Origin: a virus
Taxonomy: Duplodnaviria; Caudoviricetes
Strand: one strand, 5' to 3'
DNA: 57,043 nucleotides
Virus record (IMG/VR): IMGVR_UViG_3300007735_000759
Span: 1 to 57,043 of that record
Both the position numbers and the translations under genes were made by a program. The notes under the pieces are model-generated. The model did not search any database, had not been told where the DNA came from, and saw only the letters and a program-made list of their open reading frames with translations. Below are positions 56,736 to 57,043 of this stretch, in pieces (the stretch's first letter is position 1; every line of letters starts with the position of its first letter).

Positions 56736-57043
56736 ATGAATTTCATTGATGAATACCAAAAGTCAATTGCGTCTGCTATTCAAGATCAGATGCAACCACT
56801 AGCACGCAATTTGCTAGATGCAAGATTTACAACACTTGAGCAAACGCAAACAGCGTCAGGGTCATTTAATGCTTTAAAATTTGTTTTAGAATCATGGGCA
56901 GATTTAATTAAAAGATACGCAGAAATAACAGAGGAACCTGCACAATCTCTAGATTCTTTTAATGATTTTTTATCAAGCGAAATTAACCAAAAAATTAAAG
57001 AAATCAATGTACTCAACCACCAAAATCAAGGTTTTCAATCGGG
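56736..57043 (+). CDS. 5' part of the junction-spanning hypothetical protein (ends at 251)
   Basis: MNFIDEYQKSIASAIQDQ… is open to the end of the window. Confidence 0.75.
   Translation, partial: MNFIDEYQKSIASAIQDQMQPLARNLLDARFTTLEQTQTASGSFNALKFVLESWADLIKRYAEITEEPAQSLDSFNDFLSSEINQKIKEINVLNHQNQGFQS
56917..57043. repeat. 127-bp terminal direct repeat (copy 2)
   Basis: Identical to 1-127. Confidence 0.95.

Overview
The window appears to be the complete genome (about 56.9 kb) of a tailed dsDNA podovirus-like phage, assembled as a circle: bases 1-127 repeat exactly at 56917-57043. The + strand carries the packaging and virion module: TerS, TerL, portal, GroES-like co-chaperonin, scaffold, major capsid, adaptor, fibres, P22 gp10-like nozzle and ejection proteins. 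This order and the capsid type resemble, from recall, the HTVC023P-like uncultured podoviruses. The more AT-rich remainder holds a GH108 endolysin, a YqaJ exonuclease with an unusual partner, a replication initiator with iterons, DnaB, VRR-NUC and SSB. No integrase or CI-type repressor was recognised. The SSB type, CtrA-like boxes, IS630-type HTH domains and signal-peptide '...A-M[DE]' proteins point by inference to an AT-rich alphaproteobacterial host, possibly a Holosporales/Rickettsiales-like endosymbiont. Most notable: (1) intergenic DNA is studded with 15-30 bp palindromes, alone or in mixed clusters, that translate to the short variable motifs I recall from Bro-N, DinD, RhuM and KilA-N family genes, none of which the phage encodes; (2) a counter-defence-like set of four Panacea (SocA/DUF4065) antitoxin-like genes with no clear toxin, a HipS-like gene, two orphan methyltransferases, duplicated acidic pentapeptide-repeat proteins and a family of 3-4 small diverged paralogues; (3) an antisense cassette of secreted proteins inserted in the head module. 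All family assignments come from motif recognition, not database searches.
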